Both the position numbers and the translations under genes were made by a program. 64,000 bases of DNA from an uncultured Caulobacterales bacterium (GTDB taxonomy: Bacteria > Pseudomonadota > Alphaproteobacteria > Caulobacterales > CAYPOX01), in contig CAYPOX010000002.1 in the NCBI GenBank assembly GCA_964412525.1, positions 27-64,026 on the forward strand, in the 5' to 3' direction. Positions 18,433 through 26,505 of the stretch are shown here, one piece after another. The notes below the pieces were generated by a model. That model was not told the DNA's origin. It did not search any database and was given only the letters and a program-made list of their open reading frames with translations. Position 1 is the first letter of the stretch. Each line of letters begins with the position of its first letter.

Positions 18433-18832
18433 GCTCGAAGTGGAAGCGCCACGCAACTTTTCCCGACCCGCCTTGAGCGTGAATGGTTAGCGTCCAGTGA
18501 TCCACGCGGACCCGTCTCCCGCATCGCGAGACTCGATCGAGCCTAGGTTCGCTGCAAGGCGGTGCTGGTCGAGCGTTTACGTTGGTCGAGCTGATGATGT
18601 TGTTCGTCCAACGCGTTTCTGTCCAGGATAGCGCGGCTTAACAAGGCGTCGCCGCAGCGTTTGGTGCTTGGTTCGATCGCAGCACGATTTGCGATAATAT
18701 TCCTTATGCGGGTTGAGTCGCCACGCCCTAATGCGCGCAATCGAAGCGATTCTCTCCCTTCCTACCTGGCGATCAATAGAAAGCGATGGAGCTTCGCTTC
18801 GCCGCAAAGCGGCATCGGTCGCGCGCTTGCTC

Positions 18833-19264
18833 TCAAACGGCGCGCCATGGATTCTCCACGCTCAAGCCGACCTCGTCGAATTCACGCTCATTGCGTGTCA
18901 CCAGGATCATGTCGCGACATCGGGCGGTCGCAGCGATCATGGCGTCCGGCAGGTGTGCATCCATCGGCCGTCCGGATCGGCGCTTGCGCTCCATGATCTC
19001 CGCACAGGCCATTGCATCCGCCTGGTCCCAAGGAAGCACCCTGTCGCGGAACAATGAGGTCAAAAGCGTGTCGAAACGACTTCGAATATCGTCACGCCGC
19101 CGACCCGGATCCAGAAGCCGAACGCCGTTCTGGATTTCCCAACTCGTGATGACGGAAATCGCCAAGCCGTATTTTGCGTTTCGATCAAGATAGTCGCTGA
19201 CGCGTCGATCCGGTGTCGGCCGCATCATTTCAGAGATGACGTTGGTGTCGAGCAGAAACTTCAC
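18833..19264 (-). CDS. vapC: PIN-domain toxin VapC (FitB-like)
   Basis: MKFLLDTNVISEMM... and ...MILVTRNEREF are conserved PIN acidic-residue contexts. 5 nt downstream of its antitoxin. Confidence 0.9.
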   Translation of the reverse strand: MKFLLDTNVISEMMRPTPDRRVSDYLDRNAKYGLAISVITSWEIQNGVRLLDPGRRRDDIRSRFDTLLTSLFRDRVLPWDQADAMACAEIMERKRRSGRPMDAHLPDAMIAATARCRDMILVTRNEREFDEVGLSVENPWRAV

Positions 19265-19269
19265 TCAGG

Positions 19270-19530
19270 TCACGCCTCGCCGGGCGGGTCCGAGAAATCG
19301 AGCGGTCGATAAGCGGCATGAGACTCGAAGGGAAGATCGACGCCATGCTCAGGCCCGAACAACGCCGCGAACGTCGCCGACGGCGTTTCAGCGGCCTCGC
19401 GCTCGCGGCGCTTTTCGTGGACGAGGCGGCGAATGAAGGCCTCCATCGAAAGCCCAAGGCGCTTCGCCTCTTGTTCCACCCAAGCCTTGTCGGACGGATC
19501 GAGATTTCTCACCGTGATTGTCGTGCGCAT
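19270..19530 (-). CDS. RHH antitoxin (FitA/plasmid-stability-protein-like)
   Basis: Track ORF 19270..19560. M11 start gives MRTTITVRNLDPSDKAWVEQEAKRLGLSMEAFIRRLVHE, the typical Arc/MetJ-type N-terminus of FitA-like antitoxins. Confidence 0.75.
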   Translation of the reverse strand: MRTTITVRNLDPSDKAWVEQEAKRLGLSMEAFIRRLVHEKRREREAAETPSATFAALFGPEHGVDLPFESHAAYRPLDFSDPPGEA

Positions 19531-19563
19531 CGTCGAACCGCTCCGGTACAGCGCCAGCAATCC

Positions 19564-19596
19564 ATGCTAGCATCTTTCCCATAGGGATCACGTGAT
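19564..19596. promoter_or_regulatory. two perfect 10-bp palindromes (ATGCTAGCAT, ATCACGTGAT) upstream of the RHH antitoxin gene; candidate operators
   Basis: Read directly at 19564-19573 and 19587-19596, i.e. 34-66 nt upstream of the antitoxin start on the minus strand. Confidence 0.45.
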
Positions 19597-19886
19597 TGTG
19601 GCTCGACGAAGATCAATCATCTCGAAATTCGTTCTTTGCGTCAGCGATGGGACGAACGCCTTCCGGCCGGTTCGACGCGCCAAGATCGCGCGCGCCGCGA
19701 CGGCTCCGTCATTTTCAAGCGCCCGACTGATGGCGCACGCAGGATGCGAAGCTGGCCGCCTTCGGCTTCTTGGTGTCCGCGGTTTAGGCGCCAAGTCCCT
19801 GGCGCATGCATGATCTGGGAACATCTCAAGCAGCCACGGTCCGGGAGAGCCGGCCCGCCCGCCGACTCTCCCGGCCGTCATCCGCC

Positions 19887-20000
19887 TCACGCCAGGCCGA
19901 GGGTCGGCGCGAAGGCGTGGACGAAGCCGAGCGTGACGAGACCCGTCACGGCGAGGGCGGCGATTTGATCGACAAAACGGTTGATGGCGATGCGGTTCAT
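19887..20000 (-). CDS. unannotated 37-aa hydrophobic small protein
   Basis: Below the track's size cutoff. Hand translation gives MNRIAINRFVDQIAALAVTGLVTLGFVHAFAPTLGLA(stop). AAAGAGG lies 7 nt upstream of the ATG. Nearly every codon ends in G/C, as in bona fide genes here. A GC hairpin (CCGGGAGAG...CTCTCCCGG, ~19841-19874) follows the stop. Confidence 0.45.
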   Translation of the reverse strand: MNRIAINRFVDQIAALAVTGLVTLGFVHAFAPTLGLA

Positions 20001-20078
20001 GACGTACCTCTTTGGTGTTGACTGCCTCTTGTGAAGCCGGCCTGCCCGCCGTCTTCTCGATAAACAATAAGGCCTTAT

Positions 20079-20106
20079 CGAAAAACGTCAAGCGTTTTTC
20101 GTTTTT
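20079..20106 (+). terminator. rho-independent-terminator-like hairpin CGAAAAACG-tcaag-CGTTTTTCG followed by TTTTT
   Basis: Read directly. The U-tract is on the plus strand although both flanking genes are on the minus strand, so it may end an unrecognised plus-strand transcript or act bidirectionally after the CBS gene. Confidence 0.45.
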
Positions 20107-20189
20107 CGATATGGCTTTTTGGTTGGCTTCGCGCAAGCCATTGAATCCAAAGCATTTTTCAGTGCAATTTTTGAGCGCCGGTCCGGCGT

Positions 20190-20690
20190 TCAGAACGCGA
20201 TCAGCGCCATGATCATGGCGTAGACCACCGCCCCTGCTCCGATGAACACGAATTGGCGAAAGCGATTGGCGCGCGTCGCGTTCATCTTCAGGGCCATGGC
20301 GGCGGCGTCCGCGAGGGAGAAGGACACCACGTCCCGTTGGGACACGACCCCTTGATAGCGGCCGTCCGCGTGGACGATGGGCACGTGCCGAAAGCCGCCG
20401 GCCTGCATGATTTGGGCGACCTTGCTCAAATCATCCTCCGGGCGCGCGGTCTGCGGATCGGCGGTCATCGCCTCGCGCACGCGCACGCTGTTGGGGTCGA
20501 GGCCCTTTGCCACCACCCGATTCATCACGTCCCGCTCGGACACAACGCCGGCCAGCCGGTCGCCTTCGATCACCGGCAGAAAACCGATATTGGCCTCCGC
20601 CATGCGGGCGGCCGCTTCGGTCATGGTCATGTCCGGCGCGCCCAGAATGGTGCGGCGGTCGCGATAGCTCTCCAGATCTTCGACACGCAT
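20190..20690 (-). CDS. CBS-pair domain protein with C-terminal transmembrane helix
   Basis: Track ORF 20190..20948; internal start MRVEDLESYRDRR. Two CBS-like units (..IGFLPVIEGDRLAGVVSERDVMNRV.. and ..FRHVPIVHADGRYQGVVSQRDVV..), then hydrophobic FVFIGAGAVVYAMIMALIAF. Confidence 0.8.
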   Translation of the reverse strand: MRVEDLESYRDRRTILGAPDMTMTEAAARMAEANIGFLPVIEGDRLAGVVSERDVMNRVVAKGLDPNSVRVREAMTADPQTARPEDDLSKVAQIMQAGGFRHVPIVHADGRYQGVVSQRDVVSFSLADAAAMALKMNATRANRFRQFVFIGAGAVVYAMIMALIAF

Positions 20691-21361
20691 GGATGCGCTC
20701 CCCGTTCGGTTGTTATCTCCGGAGATACGTATGGCGGCCGCCCGAGGATGGGTCGGCGCATGCGCAAGGCGCGGCGCGATGATCGGCCGCCTCAAGGCGT
20801 TTTGAGAGAACGCCGTTTGACCGCAGTTAATGGAACGCCTGGAAAAGTCACGCCGACCCCGCTGCGAGCCCGGCCAGATGAGAACGGAAATTTCGGAATG
20901 AGCTTTCACCGTCCTGCCGACACGATGGTCGAGAACTTCATCACACAACCCTGATTACTTGGGAGCGAATTTTCGGTCGTTTTGCACCGGATTTGATAAC
21001 GCCGTGTAACGTTCCGAAGGTTGGCGAAAATGGGCGCAAGCATGTCGCACGAAAGCCTGTGCTTTACCGTTTTGCGATAAAATCCGTGGCACGCTGTCTT
21101 TCTATATTTCAATGACTTAGCGACTTTCCGGTAGCCTTCCGGTAAAAAGTAAACGCCGGCGACCTCGCTAAACCGTTGATCGCAAACGCTTCGGCCATTT
21201 TCCCTTCTTAGCGCTTTGTGCGTTACGTGTACTGCCGGAGGGCCAAGCTGGGGCGGGCTTGGCGTCGATTCCTTCTCTGATCGTCGCGAAACCGGCTAAG
21301 CTGCTGAAAAAACCAAGGAAACGGCACTACGGTCGAAGGATCGATCGGATGGCAATGCCGA

Positions 21362-21442
21362 TGTTAATGACATGCGCGCGATGTTAATTTGTGTTAATGA
21401 GAATGTTAATACATGTTAATGAAAATGCTAATATATGTTAAT
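21362..21442. repeat. array of seven direct TGTTAAT heptamers (one TGCTAAT) phased at alternating 10/12 bp; iteron- or centromere-like
   Basis: Heptamers start at 21362, 21382, 21392, 21404, 21414, 21426 and 21436. The last five form a 22-bp tandem unit (TGTTAATGAgAATGtTAATAcA / TGTTAATGAaAATGcTAATAtA). Confidence 0.85.
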
Positions 21443-21707
21443 GTCGCCCTGATTTTGCGGATCGACTGTTGACGATCGGCCAAAAAAACTCGCCAGATTG
21501 CGGGTTAGTTGGGGGCGTGGGGGAATTTTTTAGAAAAGAATACCGATGATGGTCAATGGTCTGAGGACGCGCGAACAAACAAGGACCCATTGCGTCGTCG
21601 GGTTGACTTCAATGACGGTTGTCATGTCCTTGGTCCTGGGGATACGGCTCCAAGGGGATCGCCCTTGGGTCCAGGTTCTTAGAGGTCCGCGCCTTGTTGG
21701 GCCGCAG

Positions 21708-21938
21708 TCATCGTGCGCCCGCGTCATAATGGAAGCGTCGCGCCCAGCGTCTGTAGGTTTGGAAAATGTCGCCGCCCGTTGGGCGGCGGTCGCCTGGCGT
21801 GATGATCGTCGCGTCCGTCCGCTGTATGTCGAGGTTCCCGGGGATGGCGCGAACCACCCTTGGCTCCTGTGTCGTGCGCGAATGCACGGCGGCGTTTTCC
21901 CGTTCGGTGACGCGCGCGTAGAGGACCTCTAAGTGCAT
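21708..21938 (-). CDS. hypothetical 76-aa protein
   Basis: Internal start of track ORF 21708..21998. GAGGAGG lies 5 nt before ATG 21938. High third-position GC by eye. Sequence MHLEVLYARVTERENAAVHSRTTQEPRVVRAIPGNLDIQ... is not recognised. Confidence 0.4.
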   Translation of the reverse strand: MHLEVLYARVTERENAAVHSRTTQEPRVVRAIPGNLDIQRTDATIITPGDRRPTGGDIFQTYRRWARRFHYDAGAR

Positions 21939-22071
21939 CCAATCCTCCTCAAAGGATCCGGGATCTCGAGCGTGGAATCCTCGCGACTGGCGATGCAATG
22001 GGTGATCCCGTCCAAGGCGTGAGACTGTTCAACAACACCAATGTGTCCGCTAACGCCTTGCGCTCCGTCGT

Positions 22072-22536
22072 TCAGATAGTCATTCCGTGTCGGTCGAGGG
22101 CCGCGTTTGCGGCTTCGTCGAACGGGTTGATGATTTCAACGCCGCCGATGACGGCGCGTGCGTCCATATCTTCCGTCACCAAAGCGGTGATTCCCCCTTT
22201 CGACAGCGTCGCGACAAGAAGCGCATCCCAATAGGAAAGGCGATCGCTATTCCACCAATTGAGCGCCAGATCGACCGCCCCTTTCGTTGCGGCCACGGTT
22301 TCGAAGGCCTGCAACCAGTCCTGCGCGGCGAGCGTGGCGTCCGATTTTGAAAGTACGCCCTTTCGCACGATTGCTGAGGCGAACTCACCGACCGTTTGAA
22401 GCGCCAAACTGCCGGATTTGGCATGCAACGCGTGACCAATGATGAGCCGGCACCGCGCTCGTTTCATCCCGTCACGATGGTCCATCGTGTAAAAAAGAAT
22501 GTTGGCGTCGAACGCGATCCGACTGGCGGCGGACAC
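22072..22536 (-). CDS. vapC: PIN-domain toxin VapC
   Basis: 154 aa. IAFDANILFY near the N-terminus and ALVTEDMD near the C-terminus (PIN acidic residues). 3 nt downstream of a Phd/YefM antitoxin gene. Confidence 0.85.
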   Translation of the reverse strand: MSAASRIAFDANILFYTMDHRDGMKRARCRLIIGHALHAKSGSLALQTVGEFASAIVRKGVLSKSDATLAAQDWLQAFETVAATKGAVDLALNWWNSDRLSYWDALLVATLSKGGITALVTEDMDARAVIGGVEIINPFDEAANAALDRHGMTI

Positions 22537-22539
22537 TTG

Positions 22540-22836
22540 TTAAAGCGACCGATCATGAAGAGCGTCGCGGTCGCCTCGGAAAGTCCATCCGTCGTGAGAG
22601 CATCGCTTTTGATCCATCATCGCTTCGAGGCGCTTGACGGCGGCTTCGCGACGCGTCTCTGCAATCTGCTCGTCGCTTTCGATGGGCGTTATCCGCGCGA
22701 TCGGGCGATTGTTCTTGGTCACGAGAAAGCGCGCCCCTTCCGCAACGCGGCCGATCAACTTCGAGAAATTTTGATTCGCCTCTCGAACGCTGATCTCTTG
22801 ATCGCTTTTCCGATCTTGTTCGACCGCCATGGCCAA
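22540..22836 (-). CDS. Phd/YefM-family antitoxin
   Basis: ISVREANQNFSKLIGRVAEGARFLVTKNNRPIARITPI is a typical Phd/YefM N-terminal domain. Confidence 0.85.
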   Translation of the reverse strand: MAMAVEQDRKSDQEISVREANQNFSKLIGRVAEGARFLVTKNNRPIARITPIESDEQIAETRREAAVKRLEAMMDQKRCSHDGWTFRGDRDALHDRSL

Positions 22837-22849
22837 AACCTTCTCTGAT

Positions 22850-22868
22850 GTAGCACGAAAGTAGCACG
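22850..22868. promoter_or_regulatory. direct repeat GTAGCACG x2 (11-bp spacing) upstream of the Phd/VapC operon; candidate operator
   Basis: Read directly; 14-32 nt upstream of the antitoxin start codon (22836). Confidence 0.45.
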
Positions 22869-23088
22869 CCGTCAGGAAACGCGCAAATCACCGATGGCGC
22901 GCTCCGAAAGCGAGCGTTCGCCGTCCTCACTTTCCTGGCCGTATGCTTTGGGAACCGACTGCGCGCAGCGCCGGGACGCGCATTGCGTATCGTAAAGTCA
23001 CGGAATTCTTTGAGAAGGCTCAGGGCATCCGCCTTTTGCGTCCGTCCGCCTTTTTGGCGCGAACGCCGGCGCTGCGGGCGGCGACCGC

Positions 23089-23514
23089 TTAGCGGCGATG
23101 GGGTGCGGCGCAGATCTCTTCGTCGGAGAGGCGCGCGCCGGCGAGGCCCGACGCGATATAGGCCCAGCCCGGCGCCAAGGCGCCGTCCGGGCCTTGAATG
23201 GCGACGCCCCAAGCGTCGCAAGCCTCGACGAAGGTCTTTTGCGTGACCGCGTAAACCCAGGCCTCGCCCCGGTCGGCGATCTCCGCACTCAAACGCACGC
23301 CGAGACGGTCGAGCACGTCCACCGCAGCCACCCATTCCGCGCGCGTGACGTCGCGTTCGTCCGGCGGCGATCCGTCCAAGCGGCGCACCTTGCCGAGTTC
23401 GCGCTGATAGGCCGCGACCACGTCCTCAAAGGCGATGCGGAAGCGCGGGCGGATCGGTTCGTAATTGATGGCGGCGAGATTCACCATGACCGACACTCTC
23501 TGGGGCGCCGTCAC
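23089..23514 (-). CDS. hypothetical protein
   Basis: 141-aa ORF with plausible codon bias. No motif recognised. The opposite-strand ORF 23098..23526 looks like its shadow, but I cannot exclude the reverse. Confidence 0.4.
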   Translation of the reverse strand: MTAPQRVSVMVNLAAINYEPIRPRFRIAFEDVVAAYQRELGKVRRLDGSPPDERDVTRAEWVAAVDVLDRLGVRLSAEIADRGEAWVYAVTQKTFVEACDAWGVAIQGPDGALAPGWAYIASGLAGARLSDEEICAAPHRR

Positions 23515-23601
23515 GCCGACGGCTGACGATTTCGTTTCTACCTCCGAAGTATGAACGATCCGTTGGGAAAGGATTGACCGCGCCTTAAGAGGCGGCCGCC
23601 C

Positions 23602-24315
23602 TCAATTGATCACCCGATAGTCCTTCAGCAGCCTGTCGATCGCGCCTTCGGCGCGCATGGCGGCGAGCGTGTCAGCCACCCGCGCGGCGAGCGCGTCACA
23701 GTTGCAGCTCTTCGCCCGAGCCAGGACCACCGGTTCCGTCCGCAATTCGAGCCAACCGCGCAACCGCACCCGGTTCTCACGCTCCGCCCAAGCCAGGCTC
23801 GCCATCGGGCCGGCGACGCCATCGAGCCTGCCGGCGGCGGCCGCCGGCATGAGTTCGGCGTAAGCCCCCTCCACCTTCTCGATCGCGTCCGCGGCGTCGA
23901 AGGCCGGTTCGTAGCGGCCGCCGGGCAGCACCCCGATGCGCTTGCCGTAAAGATCCGCCAATGTCGCGAAGCGGGCGCCCGGCGCGCCCCGCACGCCGAT
24001 GGAGAGTTCGAGCACCACCACCTCCCGCTCGGCGACGGCGGCCAAGCGATCGGACCAAAACAACAGGGCGAAGTCCGCCGCGCCCTCATCAAACGCCGCA
24101 AAAATTTCTGCAGGTGCGCCCGTCGTAATCTCCACCTGCGCCCCTGTGCGACGGCCGACTTCTTCAAACAACTGATCCGTGATGCACGGCGCCGCGCCGC
24201 AAGCCCCGCCCCATGGCGGCGCCGCCAAGGCGATGGCGCGAATGCGATCCTCCGCCTCCGCGCGGCCGAATCCGAGCGCGCACACCCATGCGACGATCAT
24301 CAGAAAACGCATCAC
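23602..24315 (-). CDS. periplasmic solute-binding protein (family-3/amino-acid-type fold, weak)
   Basis: Signal peptide MMRFLMIVAWVCALGFGRAEA. Size and segments (KRIGVLPGGRYEPAF, AEGAIDRLLKDY) are reminiscent of SBP_bac_3 proteins. Last gene of the minus-strand repeat-protein array. Confidence 0.6.
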   Translation of the reverse strand: MMRFLMIVAWVCALGFGRAEAEDRIRAIALAAPPWGGACGAAPCITDQLFEEVGRRTGAQVEITTGAPAEIFAAFDEGAADFALLFWSDRLAAVAEREVVVLELSIGVRGAPGARFATLADLYGKRIGVLPGGRYEPAFDAADAIEKVEGAYAELMPAAAAGRLDGVAGPMASLAWAERENRVRLRGWLELRTEPVVLARAKSCNCDALAARVADTLAAMRAEGAIDRLLKDYRVIN

Positions 24316-24445
24316 CCCACCCTTCCTCGTAAGCCCTGGCGGACACTAAAAGGCTGATCCGCAGGCGCCATCATCAATTCGTATAGGAAGGAAGGCGTCG
24401 CAGGGCGCCGGGGAATGTCAGGAACGCGCACGACTCTTGCGTCGC

Positions 24446-26341
24446 TTAGATCAAGGCGTCCGTTTCGGCATCGAGCGAACGCGCGCCCGCATCCGCCTCG
24501 GCGAGGCCCGGCCGGCCTTCGGCGAGACCCGATTCCAAGAAATGCTGGAGATAGGTGATCAGGCCGAGATTGGACTCAGGGCCGGCGTTCACGAAATCGG
24601 CGACGTCCGGATTCTCCGCGGCGTAGAAGACCGGATCAAAGCCGACGAGCCCGTCCGTCGTCCGGTCGCCCGCCAGAATCTCCGCCTCGCCGAATTGCAG
24701 ATAGTGGACGAACGGGTCGACCGGTTGGCCGTTCGTGTCCACGGCGGCGGCGATGTCCGGATTGGCGGCGCGGTAGGCCGCCGGGTCGAAAAAGGGATTG
24801 GGGTTGAACTGCCGGCCGCCCGAACCGTCCGGCGTGTCGAGGGCGGATCCTTCACGGACGTAGTGCTCGAGCGCGGTGTCGTAGGTGACGACGTCGAGGC
24901 TCGTTTGGGTCGAGGCGTCCTGCTCCAGATAAAAGGCCTCGTCGAACATCGCATCGACGGACAGAAGCGGCGAATATTCGCGCCCCTCCTCCAAGCCGAC
25001 ATCGAACCAATGGGCGAAGCCGTCCAGAGCCGTCGTCACCCCGGCCGCCGCAAGATCCGCGTTGCCGCCGCGGCCGAGATAGAACGCTTGATCGAAGAGG
25101 GCGACCTCGAATTCCCGCAGATCATCCGCTACGAACACCACCTGCTCCCAAGCACCCAACTCTTCCAAGAAGGTGATGCGAAGGCGCAGATCGCCTGCGG
25201 TCAGATCCGCGCCGCTCGGCATCAAGCCGCTCGGCACGTCGACGATCTGGTCCCAAGCATCGTCGCCATTAAGTTCGAAATAGAACCGAGGCGCCTGGCC
25301 GAGCCCGTCCGGCCCGGCCGCCGGATCGATCTCCACGATCGCAGCGTAAGGACTTGGCGCTTGCGCCGGATCGACGGTTCCGAGCGCCGTGGACGTCAAT
25401 GTCTGAGGCTCCTGATCGCTGCGCGCCAGAATCGCGTCCTCGGCGCCAAAATCAAACCAAGTCGCGATCCGATCGATCGCGGGCGCGTCTGTCGGGGTCA
25501 ACGCCCCGTCCACCAGCAAAAGATCCGGCCCCTCGTCGCCAAACAGGCTGAGCGGTCCGGCGAACCCCTCCAGACTGACCAGATCAAGCCCTTCCTGGGC
25601 GATCACCTGCACGCCCCCGAGCCCGGCGTCCGGGCCAAGCTGAACGAGGTCGTTGCCGCCCGTGCCGGTCAGACCGCCGGCGCGCAATCCGTCTTGGGCG
25701 ACGTCCGCGGTGGTGAGGACCGGCGCATTGTCGCCGGCGTTCAACACGCCTCCGGCCTGGGGCGCGAGCGCCAACACCAATTGGTAGGCGCCGCCTTGGG
25801 GATCGAAGAAAAGCTCGGCCTGCAAGGTCTCCGCCGTCACGTCCGCGCCCACCCGAAAGGGCTGATCCGGAAAGATCACGCGATAATCCCAGATCGTATC
25901 GCCCGTCGCCTCCACGAACAGAATGGACAAGGGCTCCGGATCGAGCTCCGGAAAGACGCCGCGGGCCACGCCGACGTCATAAGGCGCGGCCGCAGCGGTC
26001 TCCGACACGTCGACCGCGCGGAGATCGCCCGGCTCCGCCGGCAAGACCACGATCAACTCATCCAAGGCGCTGAAACTCGGCAACAGCGCGTCGCCCGCGC
26101 CGAACGTCCCGGACGCGCCGTCCAGAGGCGCATCGCCCACGCCCACGCCGAAGGTGTCCGCGCCGGGGCCGCCATAAGCGACCGTCGGGCTTTGCCCAAG
26201 GCCGACGATGAGATCGTCGCCGTCGCCGCCGATCAACTGATTGACCCCGGTTCCGAGCGGAGTGAAGTCAAACAAATCGTCGCCGCCGCCCCCGAGGGCG
26301 AATTCGGTCTCCGCGGCGTTTTGTTCGCTGAAAGATCGCAT
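24446..26341 (-). CDS. secreted repeat protein with N-terminal RTX-like Gly/Asp motifs and a C-terminal four-repeat 'FDxxxYLxxNPDV' module
   Basis: 631 aa; AAGGAG lies 7 nt before the ATG; no signal peptide. N-terminus GGGGDDLFDF...LIGGDGDDLIVGLG...YGGPGADTFGVG. C-terminus FDPAAYRAANPDIAAAV..HYLQFGEAE and FDPVFYAAENPDVADFV..LQHFLESGLAEGRPG. The 745-aa plus ORF is its shadow. Confidence 0.75.
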   Translation of the reverse strand: MRSFSEQNAAETEFALGGGGDDLFDFTPLGTGVNQLIGGDGDDLIVGLGQSPTVAYGGPGADTFGVGVGDAPLDGASGTFGAGDALLPSFSALDELIVVLPAEPGDLRAVDVSETAAAAPYDVGVARGVFPELDPEPLSILFVEATGDTIWDYRVIFPDQPFRVGADVTAETLQAELFFDPQGGAYQLVLALAPQAGGVLNAGDNAPVLTTADVAQDGLRAGGLTGTGGNDLVQLGPDAGLGGVQVIAQEGLDLVSLEGFAGPLSLFGDEGPDLLLVDGALTPTDAPAIDRIATWFDFGAEDAILARSDQEPQTLTSTALGTVDPAQAPSPYAAIVEIDPAAGPDGLGQAPRFYFELNGDDAWDQIVDVPSGLMPSGADLTAGDLRLRITFLEELGAWEQVVFVADDLREFEVALFDQAFYLGRGGNADLAAAGVTTALDGFAHWFDVGLEEGREYSPLLSVDAMFDEAFYLEQDASTQTSLDVVTYDTALEHYVREGSALDTPDGSGGRQFNPNPFFDPAAYRAANPDIAAAVDTNGQPVDPFVHYLQFGEAEILAGDRTTDGLVGFDPVFYAAENPDVADFVNAGPESNLGLITYLQHFLESGLAEGRPGLAEADAGARSLDAETDALI

Positions 26342-26505
26342 GGCTCCGGCTCCTTAAGGGCTTCGCGTGAAAGGGGTTCGGCTGTCGGGCTGTTGCGCGG
26401 CGGCCCTGCGATCGGCGCGGGCCGCGTCTTTGGTACAGTCAGTCGCTGTACTTCCTGTAAAGCACAATGCGCCGCGCGACGAAACCGGGGCGCCGGCTTT
26501 GCGCG

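Noticed and set aside
18665-18690. tRNA-like GGTTCGATC (T-loop-like) sequence
   Set aside because: The flanking complementarity (GTGCT...AGCAC) encloses a 12-nt loop rather than a 7-nt T-loop, and no acceptor, D or anticodon arms could be drawn. Not a tRNA.
19588-20136. 182-aa minus-strand ORF
   Set aside because: Arg/Pro-rich with no RBS. It spans two hairpins and contains, in another frame, a far better 37-aa ORF. Treated as non-coding apart from that small ORF.
20906-21112. 68-aa minus-strand ORF in the AT-rich intergenic region
   Set aside because: No RBS, atypical composition (Cys/Arg/Lys-rich), and located in an evidently non-coding spacer.
21362-21442. CRISPR array possibility for the TGTTAAT repeats (and for the GAGTCCTGGGGAC repeats at 57318-57467)
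   Set aside because: The repeat units are 7-20 bp with 3-55 bp irregular spacers, far from CRISPR geometry, and no cas genes are present. Interpreted as protein-binding iterons.
21546-21932. 128-aa plus-strand ORF as the real gene of the 21.5-22.0 kb region
   Set aside because: Weaker third-position GC bias and no RBS compared with the minus-strand 76-aa ORF (GAGGAGG RBS). Kept as an unresolved alternative, not excluded.
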